In this document: piece by piece, positions 35,889-44,164 of the stretch
Layout of the letters: each line of letters begins with the position of its first letter
How positions within the stretch are numbered: position 1 is the first letter of the stretch
Assembly: GCA_965197565.1 (NCBI GenBank)
Contig: CBDANK010000002.1
Span: 655,095 to 719,094, forward strand
Length of the DNA: 64,000 bases
Source: Dehalococcoidia bacterium
GTDB lineage: Bacteria > Chloroflexota > Dehalococcoidia > Lucifugimonadales > UBA3495
Reading direction: 5' to 3'
Translations under genes and position numbers: made by a program
Notes under the pieces: model-generated
What the model saw: only the letters and a program-made list of their open reading frames with translations
Databases searched by the model: none
Told to the model about the DNA's origin: nothing

Positions 35889-37241
35889 ATGCCCGAATCC
35901 TCGGATGCCGAGTACATTCCCCCTCTCGTTTTCGCCAGCGATGTGCTGGGGGTCAAGCTGTGGGATAAACAGCAAGAGGTATTGGCCGCATTGCCGGACC
36001 ACCGGCGGGTCGCGGTCAAATCCGGGAACGGCTTGGGCAAAGGCTTCTCCGCCGCAGTGGCCGTTCTATGGTTCCTCCACTGCCACAACCCGGCCATAGT
36101 GCTTAGTACCGCTCCCACCTTCCGCCAAGTCCGGCACATCCTTTGGCGGCAAATCCGCCGGCTCTACCGGCCCGCCAAAGAAAAACTGGACGGCAAGATG
36201 CTGGACACCCGCTGGGAGTTGGCCGAGGACCGCTATGCGATGGGCCTATCCGCCGACTCGGCGGACGAATTCCAGGGGTTTCACAGCCCCAACATGTTTA
36301 TCGTCGTGGACGAAGCCGAGGGTGTGAGCGATGAGATATACGAAGCCATTGACGCTGTAATGACCTCCGCCGAAACTCGCTTGTTGCTTATCGGCAACCC
36401 CACCACCACCTCCGGGGCCTTCCGCCGGGCATTCTACGAGGAGCGGCGGCTCTACCACACCATAACCATCTCGGCCTTGGACAGCCCCAATGTGCAAGCG
36501 GGCAAGGTAAAGATCCACGGCCTTACCACCCCCCGGTGGGTCCAAGAAAGAAAAGACGCTTGGGGCGAAGAAAACCCCATTTACCGGGCGCGGGTCTTGG
36601 GAGAGTTTCCCGACCAAGCCGAAGATACTCTGATCAAGCTCTCCGACGTGGAGACGGCCGCACAACGGGCGTCCACCGGCAACGGCCCGAATGGCCCCGG
36701 CAAGGCTTATGACCAAGTGGTGTTGGCCGTGGACGTAGCTCGCTTCGGTTCCGACCGCAGCGTTATCCTGCGCCGCCGCGGAAACATCGTAGAAGATATT
36801 CAGATTTTCCACCAAATGGACACCATGCAGTTGGTGGGTTGGGTTAACGCAGCAATCAGGGAGTGCAGCCCGGCCGACGTATGCGTGGATGAGATCGGAG
36901 TTGGCGCGGGGGTTGTGGACCGCTTGCGTGAGGAGGGTCATCGCGTCAGGGGCATCAACGTCGCCAGAAGCGCTCATCAGAGCGGCCTGTTCACCAATCT
37001 CCGGGCCGAAGGCTATTGGCGGTTGCGCGACCTCTTTTCCACAGGGGAGATCAGCATTCCCCGCGACAACCAATTGATGGGCGAACTGGCCGCTATGCGT
37101 TACAGCTACGATAGCCAGGGCAGGGTCCAGATAGAGAGCAAAGACTCCATGCGGAAACGGGGCCTTCCCTCGCCGGACAAGGCTGACGCGTTGATGTTGG
37201 CTTTCTTGGAGTCGCCCGGTAGGACCAGATTATGGACCTGA
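35889..37241 (+). CDS. phage terminase large subunit
   Basis: Walker A-like KSGNGLGKG, Walker B MFIVVDEAEG, and a C-terminal RNaseH-like nuclease part (VLAVDVARFGSD...VCVDEIGVG...). Confidence 0.85.
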   Translation: MPESSDAEYIPPLVFASDVLGVKLWDKQQEVLAALPDHRRVAVKSGNGLGKGFSAAVAVLWFLHCHNPAIVLSTAPTFRQVRHILWRQIRRLYRPAKEKLDGKMLDTRWELAEDRYAMGLSADSADEFQGFHSPNMFIVVDEAEGVSDEIYEAIDAVMTSAETRLLLIGNPTTTSGAFRRAFYEERRLYHTITISALDSPNVQAGKVKIHGLTTPRWVQERKDAWGEENPIYRARVLGEFPDQAEDTLIKLSDVETAAQRASTGNGPNGPGKAYDQVVLAVDVARFGSDRSVILRRRGNIVEDIQIFHQMDTMQLVGWVNAAIRECSPADVCVDEIGVGAGVVDRLREEGHRVRGINVARSAHQSGLFTNLRAEGYWRLRDLFSTGEISIPRDNQLMGELAAMRYSYDSQGRVQIESKDSMRKRGLPSPDKADALMLAFLESPGRTRLWT

Positions 37242-37374
37242 GCCGCCGCCCGGACTCCAAGCTCCACTCTCCTACTTTTTGCGCCAGCCAAGAGACCGGA
37301 CAGTAAAGTCACTGCCCGGCGGGCAGTGACGCCGGTTAACGAGGATTGATTGAGGATTAAACGAGGATTAAACA

Positions 37375-38739
37375 ATGAGAGTTAAACCTGTATTCTCCCA
37401 AGGGCTTCGGCCATCGCTGCTCAAAGCCTTGGAGACGTTGAAAACACCGCCGACCGCCATGTTTGACTCGGCCAAGTCTCTGAAGGACCGGCTGAGCCTC
37501 GCCCGGGCTGGACCTGCGGCGGTCCAACAACGGGCCAACCGGGCCTCCGGTGTGGACGTGGACTGGTTGCAAGAGGCCGCCGGCCCCGGCGCTGGCTGGA
37601 GCAGGACCGAATACGGTGAATACTACGCCGCATCGGTTTCGGTTTACGCGGCAATCAAGCTCCGGTCGGAAGCCCTCAGCCGCCCCAAGCTCCTCATCCG
37701 CCGCCGGGCGGCCGATGGAACTCTGCTCCCCGTGGACCCGGACCATCCGGCCCAACTGTTGCTGGACCGGGTAAACCCTTGGTATACCCGGGGAGATTTG
37801 TGGCGGGCCACCGAGACTTATCTCAACTTATGGGGCTCGTCATTCTGGGCCCTGGAAAGGGATGAAAAGGGACAAAGGGAGATCTGGCCGCTCCGGCCGG
37901 ACCGGGTTAGCGTGTTGCCCGACCGCCGGCAGTACATCCGGGGGTTTGTCTACCAGGGGCGCAACGGTCCGGTGGCCTACACCCCCGACGAGGTATTGTG
38001 GATGCGCTATTTCAATCCCTTGGAGGAGTACGCCGGTCTGTCTCCCATAGCTCCGGTGCGCCTTGCCGCCGACATGGGCAAGGACGGCCTGCGGTTTAAC
38101 CGCAACTTCTTCCGCAATTCGGCCCAGCCCGATTTCGTCCTGCTGACAAATGAGAGCATGACCGATAGTGAGGTTCAAGACTTTTACAACCGTTGGGAGG
38201 ACCGTTACCGGGGGCCGGCCAAGGCCCACCGTCCGGCCATCGCCAGCTTCGTCCGTGACATCAAGACCCTGGGCTTCAGCCAGCGGGAGATGGAGTTCAT
38301 CCAAGGGTTGCGCTGGAGCTTGGAGGAGGTGAGCCGGACCTATGGCGTGCCCAAGCCCTTGCTGTCCGACCTGGAACGAGCCACTTTCTCCAATGTCAAC
38401 GCCGCCGAGCGCATGTTTTGGCGCAACACCATACTCCCCGAGTTGCAGTTTTTTGAAGAGCGGTTGAACCGTATGCTCTTGCCGCGCTTGGGCTACCCGG
38501 ACTTGGTGGTCGAGTTCGATGTAAGTCTCATCGAGGCCCTGCGCGAGGATGAAAACAGCCGGGTGAGCCGGGAAGCCCAACTGTTGGACCGGGGCGTCCT
38601 AACCATCAACGAGGTGCGCCGCACCCGCAACCTGCCGGACGTGCCTTGGGGCGACACTTGGGCCAAAGCGCCTGGGTCTGCGCCAAAGCCTCCGGCGGCC
38701 AGCGCGCCGGCTTCCAACCGGCGAACGGCCAAGAACTGA
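37375..38739 (+). CDS. phage portal protein, HK97 family
   Basis: 454 aa; typical HK97-type portal blocks (LNLWGSSFWALERDEKGQ..IWPLRPDRV, FNPLEEYAGLSPI, NFFRNSAQPDFVL). Confidence 0.85.
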   Translation: MRVKPVFSQGLRPSLLKALETLKTPPTAMFDSAKSLKDRLSLARAGPAAVQQRANRASGVDVDWLQEAAGPGAGWSRTEYGEYYAASVSVYAAIKLRSEALSRPKLLIRRRAADGTLLPVDPDHPAQLLLDRVNPWYTRGDLWRATETYLNLWGSSFWALERDEKGQREIWPLRPDRVSVLPDRRQYIRGFVYQGRNGPVAYTPDEVLWMRYFNPLEEYAGLSPIAPVRLAADMGKDGLRFNRNFFRNSAQPDFVLLTNESMTDSEVQDFYNRWEDRYRGPAKAHRPAIASFVRDIKTLGFSQREMEFIQGLRWSLEEVSRTYGVPKPLLSDLERATFSNVNAAERMFWRNTILPELQFFEERLNRMLLPRLGYPDLVVEFDVSLIEALREDENSRVSREAQLLDRGVLTINEVRRTRNLPDVPWGDTWAKAPGSAPKPPAASAPASNRRTAKN

Positions 38740-38821
38740 CGGGACCCGGAAGGTCTCTTGCGCTCCTGATGCCTGTTCAATCCGCGTAGATGAGAGGGGA
38801 TGTGGCAGGGTCTTCGGTTGT

Positions 38822-38935
38822 TCGTCTGAACTATGATTTCTCTGATTCCGGGATTTACATGATTGGAAAGTCCTGCGAATCCTTTAATCCGATGAATCCC
38901 GGTTCAGACAATTGCGCCAAGAACCGAAAAACCCC
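38822..38935. repeat. intergenic repeat family E, copy 2
   Basis: See 5388..5501. Confidence 0.6.
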
Positions 38936-38946
38936 GGGATATGTGG

Positions 38947-39034
38947 CAGGGCTATCGCACTAGAAACAACCCATCCGTCACTCCGGCTTTCGCCGGAGTG
39001 ACGAGAGCGATTCAGTCCAAATGCGATAGCCCTG
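38947..39034. mobile_element. 88-bp hairpin MITE with D-type ends (cagggctatcgca...tgcgatagccctg)
   Basis: 13-bp TIR, inner hairpin cgtcactccggctttcgccggagtgacg, and a perfect 10-bp direct duplication ggatatgtgg at 38937..38946 and 39035..39044. Confidence 0.7.
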
Positions 39035-39174
39035 GGATATGTGGGCCATGAAGTTGACGAAGGGAACAGCGGATGATTCAATGAGACTAGGAACAATGGC
39101 CTACAAGAAGCTTGTCGGCGTAGACGCCCCCAGCCCCGCTCAGTTATGGGCCTGGTCAACCCAATAGCTCAAGA

Positions 39175-39300
39175 GTAACTGTTCAGAGTTGGTAAGCGCA
39201 CTGACCGGGAACCGCGTTGATAAGCGCACTGACAGGGAACCGCTCATCCTGAGCGCAGCGGAGTCGAAGGACCGGTTCCCCTCAAATCTGAACAGTTACG
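39175..39300. repeat. intergenic repeat family F, copy 2
   Basis: TIR gtaactgttcaga / tctgaacagttac. Has an internal direct repeat aagcgcactgac.gggaaccgc. Confidence 0.5.
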
Positions 39301-39336
39301 CCCAAGACTGTTTCGGTTCTTTCAGGCTAAAGCCAG

Positions 39337-39413
39337 GGGCGGTTAGCTCAGTTGGTTAGAGCGCCTGCTTTACACGCAGGAGGCCGCAGGTTCGAGTCCT
39401 GCACTGCCCACCA
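39337..39413 (+). tRNA. tRNA-Val (anticodon TAC)
   Basis: Cloverleaf by hand: acceptor GGGCGGT/ACTGCCC, D-arm AGCTCAGTTGGTTAGAGC, anticodon stem CCTGC/GCAGG with loop TTTACAC, T-arm GCAGGTTCGAGTCCTGC, encoded CCA. Confidence 0.9.
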
Positions 39414-39465
39414 AACTACACAAAATCAAGAACCTTCGCGTTGAGGTTCAGGCTGGGCTGTAGAT
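39393..39465 (+). repeat. direct repeat, left copy (tRNA-Val 3' end plus 52 nt downstream)
   Basis: Matches 42683..42755. The core ccaa.ctacacaaaatcaaga.ccttcgcg.tgaggttc has 3 mismatches in 39 nt, and the similarity fades on both sides. Confidence 0.65.
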
Positions 39466-39611
39466 AGAATGAGACCAAGCGGTGAGAATGGGGGAAGACA
39501 TCGTTGGAGACGTATAGATAAGGGGATAACTTTTGACTAAGGTCGGGGTTGAATGACAGTGTCCAAGGCCCACCAGTGTGTATTTCGCTCCCCCGACTTG
39601 AGAGGTATGAC

Positions 39612-41525
39612 ATGGGCATCGACGCGCTGACGCACCGAGACGACGGTTCCAAAGTCACGGTCCCCATTTCCCACGACGACTGGCGGCAGTGGGTAAGCGC
39701 AGGACGGACCCGGAACTGGATGCTGGACGACCCGCTCATAGACTGGCTCCAACTGTACGGTAAAAACCGGGACTATATACCAAAGCAGGAACTGGCCGAC
39801 TACGACAAGGACCTTGACTTCCTTCCATTTATTTTCGATCGGGGCAGAGAATTTGAGGCTGGCATACTCCGGCTGTTTAGAGAACAGTATGAGGTAACCA
39901 CAGTCGCCTATGACTATCGGGAAATTAGCAGGCTGGATAAGGCTGAAGAGACCTTTGACACGATGATGCGGGGTGAACCCATCATCTAGCAAGCTGTGCT
40001 ATGGGACGCCCATAATATGAACTACGGCTCGCCCGATTTCCTAGTGCGAAGCGATGTCCTGCACTATCTGTTCCCGGAGTCCATTTCGGAGCAAGAAGCG
40101 GCAACATCCGCGCCCGACTTGGGAGGCAATGGCTGGCACTACCGTGTGGTGGACACCAAGTTTACGACGCTGCACCTGAACGCCAGCGGCACCGAGCTTG
40201 CCAACGATGGCAGCGGGCCAGCTTATAAAGCACAGTTGTATATCTACAATCGGATGTTGGGTCGTCTGCAGGGTTTCGAGCCATCCAAATCGTATCTGTT
40301 GGGGCGTGGCTGGCAGAGGAAGCAAAAGGGAGACACTTATCGTGGCACCAACGCTTTGGACCAATTGGGGCCAGTTCCGCAGAATGGAACTGTCAGCAAC
40401 AAAGTCCCCATAGCAGCCACCGTGGAGGAGGCCCTTCACTGGGTGCGACGGGTTCGCACCCAGGGCAAAGACTGGCAGCTTCTGCCGAAGCCGTCAGTGG
40501 CTGAGCTTTATCCCAATATGAGCAATGCCGACGACGGCGATATGATGTTAGAAAGCAGACCCGTCGAACTGGAACCCGGCGTCGAGGAAGATGAGCCGAC
40601 TAGCCAGTGGGTCGGCGTTAAGAAGTGGTTGGCTTACGAGTTGAAAGAGTTGACTCAGCTATGGTATGTCGGAGTCGGTAGGCGTGAACAAGCGCACCAG
40701 GCTGGAATCTTCCGCTGGGACCACCCCGGCCTGACGACGGATGTAGTAGGCGTTCGTGGGCCTAAGATAGCGCCTACTCTCGGTCGGCTGTTGGCAGTCA
40801 ACACCGATGACGGCCCACCGGTTCGCCCTCTGCGAATTGAGAAGACTAGGGACGAATGGCACGCGACGCCCGATGTCGAATTCTACGTGGACTTCGAGTT
40901 TTGCAGCGACCTGAACGATGACTTCTCCAAACTGCCGGAGAAGGGCGGACAGCCACTTATCTTTATGATTGGCTGCGGCTACGTGGAACAAGCGGAGTGG
41001 CAGTTCAAGTCGCTGGTCACTAATAACCTGTCGGAAGAGGAAGAAATCCGAATAATCCGAGAATGGGTTGATTATATGTCTGCCGTTCGCAACCGGCTTG
41101 ACCCGACTAATGACAAGCCTCGGATTTTTCACTGGTCCCACGCTGAACAAACCGCACTAGAAAAGGCTTACAATTCGGCTAGGCAAAGACACAAAGATTA
41201 CGCCGACTGGCCCGAACTGAGCTGGTACGATTTCCTTCAGAACGTGATGCAGGAGGAGCCGGTGGTGGTGAGAGGAGCGCTTAGTTTCGGATTGAAGGCG
41301 GTTGCCAACGCTATGCACTCGCACGGACTGATTGAAACCCACTGGGCCGATAGTCCCATTGACGGTCTAGGGGCAATGGTGGGCGCATGGCGCTGCGACG
41401 AAGAGGCGCGGAAGCAAGGTGTGCCGATGACCAGGTTACCGCTAATGGATGAGATCGTCCGTTACAACGAAGTTGATTGCAAGGTGATGATGGAAATTGT
41501 TCGCTATCTGCGGGGGAACCATTAG
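39612..41525 (+). pseudogene. RecB-like (PD-(D/E)XK) nuclease with C-terminal RNaseH-like exonuclease domain, TM0106-like; in-frame TAG at 39987..39989
   Basis: ORFs 39549..39989 and 39996..41525 share one frame. The junction reads GEPII*QAVLWDA...GSPDFLVRSD...YRVVDTKF...AQLYIYNRML. The C-terminus RIFHWSHAEQ...RYNEVDCKVMMEIVRYL is YprB/RNaseH-like. Confidence 0.6.
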
Positions 41526-41726
41526 CGGCAATCTCAGGCTCCCAGGGGCCGCCGGCTGATGAGTGCATCCTCGAACCCGACGTTCCGGCTCACTGACCGC
41601 ATCCGAACCCGGCAGAACGCGGTGGTCCTGTCGGGTCCGGCTGCGAGTCTATAGGCTGACCTCCCACCGGAAGGTTCACAGTACAGTCTCCGTAGGCCCA
41701 CCTTTTCCAGCCTGCGTGTACTGTAG

Positions 41727-41782
41727 GCAGCAACAGGGCGGGGGAGGCCGGTTTCCCCGGCCGCCTCCGAAACCCTGTTGCC
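41727..41782. terminator. long GC-rich hairpin between convergent genes
   Basis: ggcagcaacagggcgggggaggccgg tttc cccggccgcctccgaaaccctgttgcc: imperfect ~22-bp arms between the nuclease gene (+) and the amidohydrolase gene (-). Confidence 0.4.
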
Positions 41783-41785
41783 AAT

Positions 41786-42643
41786 CTACTCGCCCATGCC
41801 AGAGGACCAGTTGTAAATCTTCGCCAGCGTCCCGCCCATGAGCGCGGAACGCTCTGAATCGGAAAGCCGGTCGGTAACCCGGAATGCCTCAACGCCTTGC
41901 TCGTAGGTCAACAGCTTCACTGCCCGGGTCCAGTCGGTGCCCCACATGCATCGATCAAAGCCGAACGCGTCGAATACCTTGCTCAGAGGCTCCCAGATGT
42001 CCGGGTACGGGAATGGCTGATGGGAAAGGGTGCAGGCCCCGGAAATCTTGATGGCTACGTTGTCATATTCTGCCAGCGAAAGTACGTTGTCCAGATCGGC
42101 AAAGGGTTCCGGCGGCGCCGGCGGCTCGAAAGGCTGGACCAGACCCACATGATCGATTACCACCTGGGTGTCCGGATGGCGGCGGGCTAACTCGCGCAAA
42201 AGGGGCAGCTTGCCCGAAGACATAACATTCACCGGAACGCCGGCTTGGGCGCCGGCAGCGAGTATGCGATTGAGACCCGGGTCGTCCGCTTCGAAGGGTT
42301 GGGCCGTAAGCATGACGCGGGCTCCGACCACGCCCGGCGTCCCGGTCCACTCAGCCATCTCGTCAGCGACCGTTTCCGACTGCGGATCGAACGGCCTGAT
42401 CAAGCCGAACCGGCCCGGATGTTTCGCGTATACCTCAAGCGCGTAGCTGGCGTCGTAGCGATACAGAGAGAACGGCGAAATCAGCAAAGCCCCGTCGACG
42501 CCGACTGCGTCCATCGCCGCCACCATATCGTCGCCAGTGACCTCGTCAGGGCCGGTCAAGAATCCGCTCCAAGGACGTTCCGGACGGTTTCGCTCGTAGG
42601 CGTGTACTTGACAGTCAATAGTGGGAGTTCGAGTCGCCATCAT
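41786..42643 (-). CDS. amidohydrolase family protein (amidohydrolase_2 / ACMSD-like)
   Basis: 285 aa; N-terminal IDCQVHAY metal-ligand motif and VVIDHVGL later in the sequence. Confidence 0.8.
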   Translation of the reverse strand: MMATRTPTIDCQVHAYERNRPERPWSGFLTGPDEVTGDDMVAAMDAVGVDGALLISPFSLYRYDASYALEVYAKHPGRFGLIRPFDPQSETVADEMAEWTGTPGVVGARVMLTAQPFEADDPGLNRILAAGAQAGVPVNVMSSGKLPLLRELARRHPDTQVVIDHVGLVQPFEPPAPPEPFADLDNVLSLAEYDNVAIKISGACTLSHQPFPYPDIWEPLSKVFDAFGFDRCMWGTDWTRAVKLLTYEQGVEAFRVTDRLSDSERSALMGGTLAKIYNWSSGMGE

Positions 42644-42682
42644 CTTTCTCCTTGTTATTCATAGATGCCGGGTTGGCGTGTG

Positions 42683-42755
42683 AGGTCCCGCTTGGCCCTC
42701 CAAGCTACACAAAATCAAGAGCCTTCGCGCTGAGGTTCGTTCTAGTGCTGTAGAC
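42683..42755 (+). repeat. direct repeat, right copy (degenerate tRNA-Val 3' end plus downstream sequence)
   Basis: gaggtcccgcttggccctccaagctacacaaaatcaagagccttcgcgctgaggttc..., compared with cgagtcctgcactgcccaccaaactacacaaaatcaagaaccttcgcgttgaggttc.... Confidence 0.65.
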
Positions 42756-42794
42756 CAAGGGCTCCACCCGTCAACGTTGGCCCGCCCTAGCCGT

Positions 42795-43484
42795 TTATCG
42801 CAAACTCTTCCACTCTTCCCGTGAGGCTTCGACCTTATCGAACCCGCCGTGTTGCCTCACGTCTTCATAGGTCGAGGTCTTGGTGCTTTCCCCGATGGTC
42901 ACGGTGGAGAGCACATACCTTGCCGGTGACTGAAAGTCGGTTTGGTGAGCAAACTCATGCTGCATGGAAATGATCTTATCGCTGGGTATATGGCGCACCT
43001 GACTAAACGTAACGATTTCATCCCCGAGCGTATCCTGGGTCCCATAGCAGGAGTAGGTCAGAACCAACGGCGTACCTGCCCCGCCAAGCCGCTTGTCCTC
43101 GCACTCAAACTCCAGGTAAGGATGCACGTCCTTATCCTCATACCACCACTTGATTACCCGCACCATTACATCCGGCTCAACCGGTTCGCTCCAATCAATG
43201 GCAAGCGGCGAGTTAGCGTACTCCCAATCGTACAACTTGAGCGCCCGAATGAGCTCCGCCGCTACTTCTTCTTCGGTCTCCGGATAGGTTTGCAACATTG
43301 GCGTTGCTTCGGGCTCAGGCACAGCGGGCTTACTGCTAACGGTCTCCTCCTGCGGCGACAGAGTTGCTTTGGACTCCGGCGTGACCGTCGCACCGGCGCA
43401 CCCCATAGCAACCAATCCCACAATGACCAACGCAATGACAATCAACTTATCCTTCCTCAACCTATAGTCCCGAATACCGCCCAT
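42795..43484 (-). CDS. lipoprotein, function unknown
   Basis: Signal peptide with lipobox LVAMGC, then a Pro/Glu/Thr-rich linker. Visibly lower GC than its neighbours. Confidence 0.5.
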   Translation of the reverse strand: MGGIRDYRLRKDKLIVIALVIVGLVAMGCAGATVTPESKATLSPQEETVSSKPAVPEPEATPMLQTYPETEEEVAAELIRALKLYDWEYANSPLAIDWSEPVEPDVMVRVIKWWYEDKDVHPYLEFECEDKRLGGAGTPLVLTYSCYGTQDTLGDEIVTFSQVRHIPSDKIISMQHEFAHQTDFQSPARYVLSTVTIGESTKTSTYEDVRQHGGFDKVEASREEWKSLR

Positions 43485-43565
43485 GTTTCTTACTCCCTCC
43501 TGGGATCTATCATACTCCTGTCCGGCGGCGCGTGGTGAGGACGAGCGTTCCGCGAGGGTTCCGGA

Positions 43566-43734
43566 CAGGGCACTTTAATTCTCCCTCTAAGAGAGTTGGG
43601 GTGAGGGGGAGGTTCTTCGCATTAGTAAAGGTTTCCTGCGCGAGTACGGACGCCCTCACTCCCTGCCTTCGCAGGCGCAGGCTCCAACCCTCTCCCCAGA
43701 GGGAGAGGGAATTTTTCGACAATTAAAGGCCCTG
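43566..43734. repeat. D-type-terminus element with different interior
   Basis: cagggcactttaattctc ... gacaattaaaggccctg. The interior has ctccctctaagagag / ctctccccagagggagag hairpin blocks. Confidence 0.5.
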
Positions 43735-43743
43735 CAGTTTGGG

Positions 43744-44067
43744 CAGGGTCTTTAATTGTCACACTGCGCCACTCTTCAATGTCACCCCGAGCAGAGCGAG
43801 GGGTCTAAAATCCTTGACTGCATTCTCTTTCTTCGGTACTCGGACCAAGTTCTTGCCGAAGCTTCTTAGGGCCTGTTGAGACTAATAGCTGAGGACCGGG
43901 CAACCACAAGGGTTGCCCCTACGAAATCCCGTAGCACGCCGGTTGTGGAGGCGCTCTTTGCGGGAGGCTGGACTACCAATCCCTATCTAGGAAATTGGTA
44001 GTGTCAACAGGCCCTAGATTCTTCGCCTACGGCTCAGAATGACATTTACGAGAATGAAAAGGCCCTG
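43744..44067. mobile_element. D-type MITE carrying a nested B element
   Basis: TIR cagggtctttaattgtcac / ...gaatgaaaaggccctg. 10-bp duplication gcagtttggg at 43734..43743 and 44068..44077. Confidence 0.7.
43869..44014. mobile_element. 146-bp MITE family B, copy 3 (reverse orientation)
   Basis: Flanked by TA / TA inside the D element. The empty site ggcttTTAGattcttcgcc is seen in the D copy at ~59412..59430. Confidence 0.75.
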
Positions 44068-44164
44068 GCAGTTTGGGGTCAGGTCCTTGACACGCTGGCT
44101 GAGAGGCCATGTTAAAGTCGGTTTGCCGGGCTGACGCTGCGGCGGCGGTGGATTAATCGGGTAT

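Noticed and set aside
39987-39989. TAG in the RecB-like nuclease as a pyrrolysine codon or as evidence of genetic-code reassignment
   Set aside because: Many other genes in the window terminate normally at TAG (for example 18801..19283, 20662..20919 and 52862..54247), and nothing suggests Pyl machinery. A Tyr-to-stop point mutation or a sequencing error is far more likely.
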